The notes under the pieces were generated by a model. It saw only the letters and a program-made list of their open reading frames with translations, was not told the origin of the DNA and did not search any database. A DNA stretch of 64,000 nt, taken from NCBI GenBank assembly GCA_002025945.1, contig MWOO01000138.1, positions 10,155 to 74,154 of the forward strand, in the 5' to 3' direction. The first letter of the stretch is position 1. The number at the start of each line of letters is the position of its first letter. Shown here one piece after another: positions 52,591 to 61,078 of this stretch. Source of the stretch: Prochlorococcus sp. HOT208_60m_813O14. Lineage in GTDB: Bacteria > Cyanobacteriota > Cyanobacteriia > PCC-6307 > Cyanobiaceae. The position numbers were made by a program, and so were the translations under genes.

Positions 52591-53868
52591 ATGAGAATTT
52601 CAAGGCGTATTTTGGCAGGTTTAGCAACTGCCTCACTTGCGGTCACCGCAACTTCCTGTGGTGGAGGCGGAACCTCCGGAAGTTTCGATGACACAGTAAC
52701 CGTTGGCATTTTGCATTCGTTATCCGGAACAATGGCTATCTCTGAATCAACTCTTGTTGATACAGAAAAAATGGCTATTGAAGAGATAAATGCTGCTGGT
52801 GGAGTTAAAGTTGGCGGCAAAAGCTACAAAATAGAATACATAGTTGAAGATGGTGCATCTGACTGGCCAACTTTCGCTGAAAAATCAAAGAAACTTATAG
52901 ACCAAGACGGAGTTCCTGTCGTATTTGGTGGATGGACATCTGCAAGTAGAAAGGCAATGTTGCCTGTCTACGAATCAAAAGATGCGTTCCTCTACTACCC
53001 AATTCAATATGAAGCTCAAGAATGTTCTAACAACATTTTCTATACAGGAGCCACACCAAACCAACAATCGGAGCCCGCTACAGATTTTATGTATAAGCGT
53101 TCTCCTGCAGCTGGTGGAGATTTCTTCCTTGTAGGTTCTGATTATGTTTTCCCAAGAACTTCAAACACAATCACAAAAGCTCAGGTAAAACAGTTAGGCG
53201 GTAAAGTTGTTGGAGAGGATTACCTTCCATTAGGAAATACTGAAGTTGCTCCAATTATCTCAAAAATCAAAAAAGCTTTGCCTGACGGTGGAATAATCAT
53301 TAATACTCTTAATGGTGACCAAAACGTTGCATTCTTCAAACAGATTCAAGACGCAGGTATCACTCCTTCAAGTGGTTACTACGTAATGAACTATTCAATT
53401 GCTGAAGAAGAGATTAGTACAATTGGTCCTGAGTTCCTTGAAGGACACTACGGCGCTTGGAATTACATGATGTCAATTGATACCCCTGCATCTAAGAAAT
53501 TTGCTGCAAGTTTCAAGAAAAGATGGGGAGCAGATCGGGTTGTAGCTGATCCTCAAGAGTCTGCTTATAACATGGTCTACTTATGGAAACAGGCAGTAGA
53601 AGATGCTGGAACATTCGACGACAACGCAGTAAGAGAAGCCCTTGTTGGACAAAAGTTTGATGCTCCACAAGGTCCTGTTGAAGTTATGCCTAATCACCAC
53701 TTATCTCAAACAGTAAGAATTGGGGAGATTAATGCAGAGGGTGGATTTACAATCCTTGAAGAGACAGGAGTTGTTCTTCCTCAAGCATGGAACCAAAAGC
53801 ATCCAAGTTCAAAAGGATTTGCATGCGACTGGACAGATCCTTCAAAAGGGGAAAAGTATAAGCTTTAA
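52591..53868 (+). CDS. urtA: Urea ABC transporter substrate-binding lipoprotein
   Basis: Lipobox ATSC, GILHSLSGTMAISE, DGASDWPTFAEK, GGWTSASRK. Confidence 0.97.
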   Translation: MRISRRILAGLATASLAVTATSCGGGGTSGSFDDTVTVGILHSLSGTMAISESTLVDTEKMAIEEINAAGGVKVGGKSYKIEYIVEDGASDWPTFAEKSKKLIDQDGVPVVFGGWTSASRKAMLPVYESKDAFLYYPIQYEAQECSNNIFYTGATPNQQSEPATDFMYKRSPAAGGDFFLVGSDYVFPRTSNTITKAQVKQLGGKVVGEDYLPLGNTEVAPIISKIKKALPDGGIIINTLNGDQNVAFFKQIQDAGITPSSGYYVMNYSIAEEEISTIGPEFLEGHYGAWNYMMSIDTPASKKFAASFKKRWGADRVVADPQESAYNMVYLWKQAVEDAGTFDDNAVREALVGQKFDAPQGPVEVMPNHHLSQTVRIGEINAEGGFTILEETGVVLPQAWNQKHPSSKGFACDWTDPSKGEKYKL

Positions 53869-53889
53869 TTTAATTAAAACCTATACTTC

Positions 53890-53923
53890 AAAATAAAAGG
53901 AGGTTAACGCCTCCTTTTATTTT
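53890..53923 (+). terminator. Strong hairpin between urtA and urtB (terminator or mRNA stabiliser)
   Basis: Perfect 14-bp stem AAAATAAAAGGAGG / CCTCCTTTTATTTT with a 6-nt loop. Confidence 0.75.
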
Positions 53924-53951
53924 ATATAATCAAATATTTTCTTTTTCTAAA

Positions 53952-55106
53952 TTGGAGTTACTTCTCGATAGTCTTTTTAATGGTGTTGCAATCGGATCTG
54001 TACTACTTGTTGCTGCATTAGGTCTAGCAATTGTTTTTGGTCTTATGGGTGTAATTAATCTAGCCCATGGAGAACTTATGATGCTTGGGGCTTACACAAC
54101 ATATGTAACACAATTAATTTTCAAATTACCTATATTAAAACCTTTTTACAATTCGTACATAATAGTTTCTATTTTCCTTGCTTTTATTGTTAGTGGAGTA
54201 GTGGGTATTCTCCTTGAAAAAACTATAATAAGAAAGCTTTATGGAAGTCCACTAGAAACACTTCTCGCAACTTGGGGAGTAAGCTTAATCCTTCAACAAT
54301 TTGTCAGAAGTGTACCTTTAGCTTATGGGGCAGGACTAGTTATAAGTCTGTTAATTGGTTTATTCTTACCAACAACATTCCCTTCAAAAATAAAAGAATC
54401 AATAAATTTCAAATATTTTAAATTTAGTTCTTGGATATTTGCTGCTTTAACTGGAGTCCTAACAGGTAGCATAATCTCATCCTCTGTCAGCAAACTTAGT
54501 AGAGCAAGCGCTCGAAATGTTGATGTAACTGCACCCTCATGGATGAGAGGTCAAGTTGAAATAATAGGCACTGCATTTCCTAAAACAAGATTAATGATAA
54601 TTGTAATTACTCTAATCTCTGTAATAGCAATAACATTATTTCTTAATCAAAGTGCTTGGGGGATGCGTATAAGAGCAGTTACTCAGAACCGACAAATGAG
54701 TGATTGTCTGGGTATATCTACTGAAAAAGTGGATATAATTACTTTTGGAATTGGATCTGGCTTAGCAGGAGTTGCTGGGGTAGCAGTATCTCTTTTAGGT
54801 TCTGTAGGACCTAATGTTGGCGGAAACTATATAGTTGGTTGTTTTATGGTTGTAGTTCTTGGAGGAGTAGGAAATTTATTAGGGACAGTACTTGCTTCAT
54901 TTGGAATAGGAATAATGACAGATTTAATTGGAGCTGGCAGACTCTTATCAATATGGCCAGATATGCCTTTACCTTTATCAAACACAATCAACTTTTTTGC
55001 GACCACAAGTATGGCAAGAGTAATGATATTTGCACTAATTGTTATATTCTTACAATTTAAACCAACAGGTTTATTTCCTCAAAAAGGAAGGATGGTTGAA
55101 AACTAA
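53952..55106 (+). CDS. urtB: Urea ABC transporter permease
   Basis: GLAIVFGLMGVINLAHGELMMLGAY, ETLLATWG. Confidence 0.95.
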   Translation: MELLLDSLFNGVAIGSVLLVAALGLAIVFGLMGVINLAHGELMMLGAYTTYVTQLIFKLPILKPFYNSYIIVSIFLAFIVSGVVGILLEKTIIRKLYGSPLETLLATWGVSLILQQFVRSVPLAYGAGLVISLLIGLFLPTTFPSKIKESINFKYFKFSSWIFAALTGVLTGSIISSSVSKLSRASARNVDVTAPSWMRGQVEIIGTAFPKTRLMIIVITLISVIAITLFLNQSAWGMRIRAVTQNRQMSDCLGISTEKVDIITFGIGSGLAGVAGVAVSLLGSVGPNVGGNYIVGCFMVVVLGGVGNLLGTVLASFGIGIMTDLIGAGRLLSIWPDMPLPLSNTINFFATTSMARVMIFALIVIFLQFKPTGLFPQKGRMVEN

Positions 55107-56236
55107 TGTCCTTAAGTAAAATTAAATTTGATAAAAAAATAGTATTATCATTTTGGATAATATTAATAGCCTTAATTATTGCAGCACCAACTTTACTCCC
55201 TGTATTTAGACTAAACCTCCTAGGGAGATACTTGTCTTTATCCATAGTTGCACTTGGTGTTGATCTTATCTGGGGATATACAGGTTTACTAAGTCTTGGA
55301 CAAGGTATATTTTTTGCACTAGGTGGATATTGTGCAGCAATGTATTTACAAATAACCAGCTCCTCTGAATTTCCAAATAATATTCCAGAATTTTTTGCTT
55401 TATATGGTGTTGAAAAATTACCTTTTTTCTGGGAACCTTTTAGATCGCCTATTTTTACCTTCTTCGCTATCTGGATAATTCCAGCATTAGTTGCTGGTTT
55501 AATTGGATTTCTTGTTTTCAGGAATAGAATCAAAGGGGTATATTTTTCTATACTTACTCAAGCTTCTCTTCTTGTATTCTTTAACTTTTTTAATGGACAA
55601 CAAAAACTTATAAATGGAACAAACGGATTAAAAACAGATGTAACGCAACTTTTTGGTCAAATGGTAGGTTCTGAATCCATGCAAAGACTGTTCTTTTGGA
55701 TAACTGCTTTCTTAGTAATAGCAGCATGGTTTTTTGCAAAGTGGGTAGTTAAAGGTAGATTCGGCAATATTCTTATAGGAATTAGAGATGATGAACCAAG
55801 AGTTAGATTTACAGGATACAATCCAGTGATATTTAAGACAATAATATTTTCTATTGCTGGAGGTCTTGCTGGAATTTCGGGAGCTTTATATACCGTTCAG
55901 TCTGGAATAGTATCCCCTCAATTTATGACGGTTCCCTTTTCTATAGAAATGGTTATATGGGTTGCTGTTGGAGGAAGAGGAACTTTATTGGGAGCGATAC
56001 TAGGAGCAGTTTTCATCAACTATGCAAAAAGTCTTGTAAGTGAAGCTTTACCTGCTAGTTGGATGTTTATTCAAGGAGGGTTATTTATTTTGGTTGTAAC
56101 AGCTCTGCCAGAAGGAGTTTTAGGATGGATTCAAGGAGATGGTCCTAGGAATCTTCTTCAAAGATTTGGATTGAAAAGAAAGATTGAAACCTATCCAAGC
56201 TTAGAAGTTAACAATAAGGAGGGGAATAATGAATAA
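55106..56236 (+). CDS. urtC: Urea ABC transporter permease
   Basis: DLIWGYTGLLSLGQG, IKGVYFSILTQA, IRDDE.RVRFTGY. Confidence 0.95.
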   Translation: MSLSKIKFDKKIVLSFWIILIALIIAAPTLLPVFRLNLLGRYLSLSIVALGVDLIWGYTGLLSLGQGIFFALGGYCAAMYLQITSSSEFPNNIPEFFALYGVEKLPFFWEPFRSPIFTFFAIWIIPALVAGLIGFLVFRNRIKGVYFSILTQASLLVFFNFFNGQQKLINGTNGLKTDVTQLFGQMVGSESMQRLFFWITAFLVIAAWFFAKWVVKGRFGNILIGIRDDEPRVRFTGYNPVIFKTIIFSIAGGLAGISGALYTVQSGIVSPQFMTVPFSIEMVIWVAVGGRGTLLGAILGAVFINYAKSLVSEALPASWMFIQGGLFILVVTALPEGVLGWIQGDGPRNLLQRFGLKRKIETYPSLEVNNKEGNNE

Positions 56237-56978
56237 TAAAGATCTTCTGAATTTAATAGATATTACTGTTAGTTTCGAGGGTTTTTTAGCTCTCAACAAA
56301 CTTAATTTAAATTTGAAAAAAGGAGAATTAAGAGCTGTAATAGGACCAAATGGCGCAGGTAAAACAACATTTCTTGATGTAATTACTGGAAAGGTTAAGC
56401 CAACAAATGGTGAGGTGATTTTTAAAGGGGAATCATTAGTAGGTAAAAAGGAGCATAAAATAGCCAGACTTGGTGTTGGAAGAAAGTTCCAAAGTCCAAG
56501 AATCTTTGAAAATCTAACAGTTAAAGAAAATCTTGAAATATCGGTGACAACTCCTAAAAGTCCCTTAAACCTTATAAATAAAAGTATTAAGGATGAGCAA
56601 CTTAATGAGATTGATCGTCTAATGAAGATTGTTAATTTAGCTCAAAAAGTTGATTCTAAAGCTGGATCTTTATCACATGGCCAAAAACAATGGCTCGAGA
56701 TAGCCATGTTAGTAGGCCAGAAGCCAGATTTGATGTTAGTAGATGAACCTGTTGCCGGTTTGACTGATGAAGAAACAGATCTTACAGCTGATTTATTAAA
56801 ATCTTTATCAGGAGAAAATACAGTAGTGGTAATTGATCACGATATGGAATTTATAAGAAGACTTGATAGCAATGTTTCAGTATTAAATCAGGGCACAGTA
56901 TTGTGTGAGGGAACTATGGAAACCATACAAAAAGACAAAAAAGTTATTGATGTTTATTTAGGAAGACCTGAGGACTAG
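56229..56978 (+). CDS. urtD: Urea ABC transporter ATP-binding protein
   Basis: GPNGAGKT, GRKFQ.P, LSHGQKQWLEI. Confidence 0.95.
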   Translation: MNNKDLLNLIDITVSFEGFLALNKLNLNLKKGELRAVIGPNGAGKTTFLDVITGKVKPTNGEVIFKGESLVGKKEHKIARLGVGRKFQSPRIFENLTVKENLEISVTTPKSPLNLINKSIKDEQLNEIDRLMKIVNLAQKVDSKAGSLSHGQKQWLEIAMLVGQKPDLMLVDEPVAGLTDEETDLTADLLKSLSGENTVVVIDHDMEFIRRLDSNVSVLNQGTVLCEGTMETIQKDKKVIDVYLGRPED

Positions 56979-56980
56979 TT

Positions 56981-57691
56981 ATGGAAAATTTACTCGAAAT
57001 AAAATCCTTAAATACTTATTATGGCGAGAGTCATATTCTTAGAGATGTAGATTTAAATGTTAAATCAGGAGAAATGGTTTGTTTGATTGGAAGAAATGGT
57101 GTTGGCAAAACAACTTTATTGAAATCACTAATTGGTTTGTTAAAACAAAAAAAAGGCGATATCTATTTGATTGGTGAAAATATCAACAGAAAAGCGCCTC
57201 ATCAGAGGGCTAGAAAAGGAATGGCTTACGTTCCTCAAGGGAGAGAAATTATTCCATACCTATCAGTTGAAGAGAATCTTATGTTAGGAATGGAGTCTCT
57301 ACCAGGTGGATTGTCTAAGAACAAGAAAATAGATCCATTTATCTATGATCTCTTCCCAATCCTAAAAGATTTTCTTCAAAGGAAAGGAGGAGATCTTAGT
57401 GGAGGACAACAACAGCAATTAGCCATTGCAAGAGCATTGCTAGGCAAACCTAAACTTCTATTACTTGACGAACCAACAGAAGGCATTCAGCCGAATATAG
57501 TTTTAGACATTGAAAATGCAATTAACCAGATAATTAGAGATACAGGAATTGGCGTTTTATTAGTTGAACAACATTTGCATTTTGTAAGACAAGCCAATAG
57601 ATATTATGCGATGCAACGCGGAGGTATTGTTGCAAGCGGAAATACTAGTGAGTTGAGTCAGGCGGTTATTGATAAATTCTTGAGTGTTTAA
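56981..57691 (+). CDS. urtE: Urea ABC transporter ATP-binding protein
   Basis: GRNGVGKT, YVPQGREI, LSGGQQQQLAIAR, DEPTEGIQP. Confidence 0.95.
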   Translation: MENLLEIKSLNTYYGESHILRDVDLNVKSGEMVCLIGRNGVGKTTLLKSLIGLLKQKKGDIYLIGENINRKAPHQRARKGMAYVPQGREIIPYLSVEENLMLGMESLPGGLSKNKKIDPFIYDLFPILKDFLQRKGGDLSGGQQQQLAIARALLGKPKLLLLDEPTEGIQPNIVLDIENAINQIIRDTGIGVLLVEQHLHFVRQANRYYAMQRGGIVASGNTSELSQAVIDKFLSV

Positions 57692-57725
57692 TAGATTATT
57701 ATTTTAAATTAATAAAAATCTTTAA

Positions 57726-57905
57726 TCATTTTTCGCATCTTATAAGGTCTATACTGTTTGGATGCTCATTAATATACTTATTAAATTCCATTGCTAGTGT
57801 TCTAGCCTCGTAAGCGTCAAAAGCATAAAAACAATTTTCTAATCTTATATTTTGAAAATCACGATAATGAACTGTATATGGCTTCAACATATTATTTTTG
57901 TTCAT
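57726..57905 (-). CDS. Small hypothetical protein, 59 aa (MNKNNMLKPYTVHYRDFQNIRLENCFYAFDAYEARTLAMEFNKYINEHPNSIDLIRCEK)
   Basis: Hand-translated; complex globular composition; YTVHY.D...E.C.YA.DA.EAR..A.E......HPN.I pattern recalled from picocyanobacterial hypotheticals. Confidence 0.7.
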   Translation of the reverse strand: MNKNNMLKPYTVHYRDFQNIRLENCFYAFDAYEARTLAMEFNKYINEHPNSIDLIRCEK

Positions 57906-58047
57906 TTTAATCTGCTAAAAAAACAATTATATATATCTCAACCATGCATTTATTCGTAAATTTAAAGCACAACTTTTGTTGTTATCAAAATATATTGACT
58001 TAAATTATGTAATTAAAAATACATTCTAAAGATAAAAAGTAATTAAT

Positions 58048-58158
58048 CTATTTTTTTTTATTTTTAGAATCTTGCTTTTTACCTTCTATTAAAAAAACAA
58101 ATTTTGATAAAATATAACCAAAAACTGGTACCCAAAACTTTTCATAAAAAAATTTCAT
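58048..58158 (-). CDS. Possible small protein, 36 aa (MKFFYEKFWVPVFGYILSKFVFLIEGKKQDSKNKKK)
   Basis: Hand-translated; ATG 6 nt after the stop of the upstream small ORF. Confidence 0.4.
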   Translation of the reverse strand: MKFFYEKFWVPVFGYILSKFVFLIEGKKQDSKNKKK

Positions 58159-58164
58159 AAAAAA

Positions 58165-58338
58165 TTAAGCAGCTAATGATTCGTTATTTTTAATTTCAGT
58201 TTTATTAATACGCTTCAAATCTATAGAATTAAATAAATGTTGCATAACCAGAAAATCAAGTTCCCCTTTCAACAAATCAAGATCTGATGAGAGTAGATCA
58301 TCAACAAAATCATCAAAAGTATCTGAAAGAGAATTCAC
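58165..58338 (-). CDS. Small acidic protein, 57 aa, ending in -LAA
   Basis: Hand-translated from GTG: MNSLSDTFDDFVDDLLSSDLDLLKGELDFLVMQHLFNSIDLKRINKTEIKNNESLAA. Confidence 0.55.
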   Translation of the reverse strand: MNSLSDTFDDFVDDLLSSDLDLLKGELDFLVMQHLFNSIDLKRINKTEIKNNESLAA

Positions 58339-58517
58339 AATTAAAAATTATTTTTGCCATTATCATCGCATTAACAACAAAAGTCAACCAAATTTGAATA
58401 TTAATTTTTGAATTTTTTAAAAATAAATTAATAAAGAATAAAAAATTAAATAATAAAAATAAACAAGCAAAATAACAGATTTAATATCAAGCTTAGGGTT
58501 TTTGAATTAAATTTCAT

Positions 58518-58613
58518 TTATCTTGCTTTTCTTAATTTTATATCTCTCCTGATTAGCAATATCAAAACGACAATACACATATTTGCTAAAAAGAAATTTA
58601 AAGAATTCATCAT
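58518..58613 (-). CDS. Possible small membrane peptide, 31 aa (MMNSLNFFLANMCIVVLILLIRRDIKLRKAR)
   Basis: Hand-translated; hydrophobic helix followed by a basic tail; TGcTATAAA extended -10-like element just upstream. Confidence 0.4.
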   Translation of the reverse strand: MMNSLNFFLANMCIVVLILLIRRDIKLRKAR

Positions 58614-58740
58614 CAAACCATTTAATATATTTATAGCAAGACTATTGATGTGCCAATTCGTAAAGAATCACTTAAATAATATTTAAACGCAATAAATTTT
58701 TATAGCAATCAAAGTTGATATTATAAATTGTATATAAAAT

Positions 58741-59055
58741 TTATTTTTTAATTAGCTCGAAGTAACCATTTTTATTTAATAAGTACTTATCAAACCAAAG
58801 GCTCAATAGATTGTCTAATCCTATTCCATTCATTTTATTTATTTGCGAAGTTTTATAGTCTGAGAGTGCAAGCAATAAATACGGAAAAATCATATCAGAA
58901 ATCCCTTTTGGCAGTTTTTCTAAAGGTACTCCATGCGCTCTATCCCATAAAATTTGCATATCCTGAGAGAACAAAGAACTCCAATAACTAAAATTACAAT
59001 ATAACTTGTCTGGAGGGAGTAGATTTACAGATAAAACTGGGAGAGATGAATTCAT
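58741..59055 (-). CDS. Hypothetical protein, 104 aa
   Basis: ORF track; no recognisable motif. Confidence 0.6.
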   Translation of the reverse strand: MNSSLPVLSVNLLPPDKLYCNFSYWSSLFSQDMQILWDRAHGVPLEKLPKGISDMIFPYLLLALSDYKTSQINKMNGIGLDNLLSLWFDKYLLNKNGYFELIKK

Positions 59056-59181
59056 AGGAATAAATATTTTCTAGATTAAATGAATTTAGATTTTGAAATT
59101 TCGAAAAATAACTTTAATATGCGAATCTCCTATAAATACAAATTAAATTTAACGCACAGTGTATCACTTAGCAACACTTTA

Positions 59182-59580
59182 TTAAGTGTTATATTTATCC
59201 ATCATTTCCTGAAATTTTAGGAATGATAAAAACTTTTTATAAGTTTGCAAGTCAAAAGCCTCCTGATTCTCCTTATTTAAATGGGTTGATTTACTAGGAA
59301 TAAAATGCTTGCCTAAGTTATTATCAATTGAAAGTTTTGCTTTATCTAAAAAGTCACCAGAATTATCAAATAAGTTTTGTATATTATCTTCATTTAGTTG
59401 ATATGATTGAGTTGCTTTACCATTTTTTTTGTTAAGCATACCTCTTATAGAAAGTGCTTCTTCTACCAAAATACCTATTATTTTTGAATTACTTAAATTG
59501 TTCTCTATGCTCAACTTGTCAATTATTCTCATAACATCTTCTCTAGGAATAAAACCAACTCTTTTTTTCTTGGTAGGCAT
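59182..59580 (-). CDS. Putative ribbon-helix-helix (CopG/Arc-like) DNA-binding protein
   Basis: N-terminal KRVGFIP strand, helix (EDVMRIIDKLSIEN), turn NLSNS, helix (KIIGILVEEAL): the RHH pattern; low-complexity linker and short C-terminal helix. Confidence 0.6.
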   Translation of the reverse strand: MPTKKKRVGFIPREDVMRIIDKLSIENNLSNSKIIGILVEEALSIRGMLNKKNGKATQSYQLNEDNIQNLFDNSGDFLDKAKLSIDNNLGKHFIPSKSTHLNKENQEAFDLQTYKKFLSFLKFQEMMDKYNT

Positions 59581-59595
59581 TTAAAGATTAATTAA

Positions 59596-59633
59596 AGTTC
59601 AGCACTTGACTGTAATAAGTGTTGCACTATATT
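59596..59633. promoter_or_regulatory. Tandem AGTG-N3-CACT-type boxes overlapping a divergent promoter
   Basis: AGTT-CAG-CACT (59596-59606) and AGTG-TTG-CACT (59618-59628), 22 bp apart, overlapping TTGACT (59606-59611) and TATATT (59628-59633); a third box AGTG-TAT-CACT lies at 59158-59168. Confidence 0.5.
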
Positions 59634-59650
59634 CATTATAAGTCAATTAA

Positions 59651-59806
59651 ATGCTAATGATTTTACCAACAACATTACTTTTAGGAGCCCTTGGATATCT
59701 TTTCTACACCTCAAAAAAAGAAATCTCACTAGATCACCATGATCATCTAGAAAAACAAAAAGAGAATGATGATTTGTATAAAGATTTGGAAGATCTATTT
59801 ATTTAA
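59651..59806 (+). CDS. Small membrane-anchored protein, 51 aa (MLMILPTTLLLGALGYLFYTSKKEISLDHHDHLEKQKENDDLYKDLEDLFI)
   Basis: Hand-translated; N-terminal TM anchor, DHHDH patch and acidic tail; -35/-10-like elements upstream. Confidence 0.6.
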   Translation: MLMILPTTLLLGALGYLFYTSKKEISLDHHDHLEKQKENDDLYKDLEDLFI

Positions 59807-59899
59807 AATTACTGTATATGCATTAAAGAACTTTGTTTCTTGACTAAAGATATACAAAACCTTAAACATAATTAGAATATTAATAGAGCTTTAAATTAA

Positions 59900-60196
59900 A
59901 TGACTGTCCATCAAGATTACGAAATAAAAATCAATCTAAATGAATTGATTGAGAAGAGAATTCCTTGTTGTGATTTACTTCATCCAGATCATTGTCTAAC
60001 AGAACAACAAGTCTCTGAAATTGCACACGATATACGTATGGATTTAAATTTGCATGATCTTTACAAGCAAGTGGATAAACACATCATGAATTATGTAAAT
60101 GCAGCTGGTATTGATAATAAAGATCATTGGGTTGAACCTCATCTTCCAGATTTGGAGAGAGATTTAAAAGAAGAAGTAGGTATAGAGTTTGATTAA
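59900..60196 (+). CDS. Hypothetical acidic, His/Cys-rich protein, 98 aa
   Basis: ORF track; IPCCDLLHPDHCL motif and several further His. Confidence 0.75.
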   Translation: MTVHQDYEIKINLNELIEKRIPCCDLLHPDHCLTEQQVSEIAHDIRMDLNLHDLYKQVDKHIMNYVNAAGIDNKDHWVEPHLPDLERDLKEEVGIEFD

Positions 60197-60215
60197 ACTT
60201 AGCTCCTAAAAAAGA

Positions 60216-60365
60216 TTAATATATGTATTTTTTTTCTAAATCATCTATTAATTTATAAATACTTTTAGCTGATCTTTTTCTTTTTTTTAAAATTGAAAAA
60301 AATATAGATCCCATCAATAATACAAAAATAGGTGTGAAAATAATAATTTCATGATTCATAACCAT
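60216..60365 (-). CDS. Possible small membrane protein, 49 aa (MVMNHEIIIFTPIFVLLMGSIFFSILKKRKRSAKSIYKLIDDLEKKYIY)
   Basis: Hand-translated; TM helix followed by KKRKR (positive-inside rule). Confidence 0.45.
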   Translation of the reverse strand: MVMNHEIIIFTPIFVLLMGSIFFSILKKRKRSAKSIYKLIDDLEKKYIY

Positions 60366-60531
60366 CAAACATAAATATATTATATAAATTATTAAAAACT
60401 CTGAATCAATAAAATAGGTACTTTATACAAATATATTTCACTATAAACAATTAAGATTTTTTATAAAGAAGCGAAAGAATCAAAATTTTTTGTAAATTAT
60501 GTAGATATAAATTTTTATATCAATAAAGATA

Positions 60532-60714
60532 ATGAATAATTATTTTGCCTTAACAGTAATTGAGATGGGGATCGGTAAAATAGAGTTAGTAGTTATTGGT
60601 GCAGTAATTTTAATATTTCCAATTTTATTTGTTTACGCATCTAAAAACCTAGATGCTAAAGGTGTTTTCGAATGGATGATGGAGAAACCCAATGATTGGA
60701 TAGGTAAAAAATAA
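60532..60714 (+). CDS. Small membrane protein (start possibly 60565)
   Basis: ORF track; one TM helix followed by GVFEWMMEKPNDWIG. Confidence 0.6.
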   Translation: MNNYFALTVIEMGIGKIELVVIGAVILIFPILFVYASKNLDAKGVFEWMMEKPNDWIGKK

Positions 60715-60736
60715 GCCTTTAAAAATTTACATTTTT

Positions 60737-61078
60737 CTAGTTAAATTTTAAATTTTCTAAATTACTTAAAGCAAAATCATAAACTTGGCAATTATTTTCT
60801 AAATCATTAACTATTGAATTTTTTAGAAGAGAATAATCTATCAACTTATTGAGTTTATTATTTTTAAATTCCTTGTTAGTTTCTCCAATAGCAAATGCCA
60901 AAGCTCCTTCATAAGAAATACCGAATTTTGTAGTGTTGCAGTAAGTTCTAGTGAATTTGTTAGAAATCTTTTTAGTATACTTTTCAAGAGTCTTAGAAGA
61001 AGTATCTAATGAGTAAACTGGACTACTAAATAGAAAAAGCAAAGTTAAAGTGAATATCGCAAAAACGCTTTTGATCAT
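60737..61078 (-). CDS. Hypothetical secreted protein
   Basis: Signal peptide; KF..TYCN...FGIS.EGAL.FAIGET motif with a second Cys. Confidence 0.65.
   Translation of the reverse strand: MIKSVFAIFTLTLLFLFSSPVYSLDTSSKTLEKYTKKISNKFTRTYCNTTKFGISYEGALAFAIGETNKEFKNNKLNKLIDYSLLKNSIVNDLENNCQVYDFALSNLENLKFN

Noticed and set aside
58416-58517. Hydrophobic minus-strand ORF MKFNSKNPKLDIKSVILLVYFYYLIFYSLLIYF
   Set aside because: Composition (F, Y, L, I) is what near-pure AT sequence yields by chance
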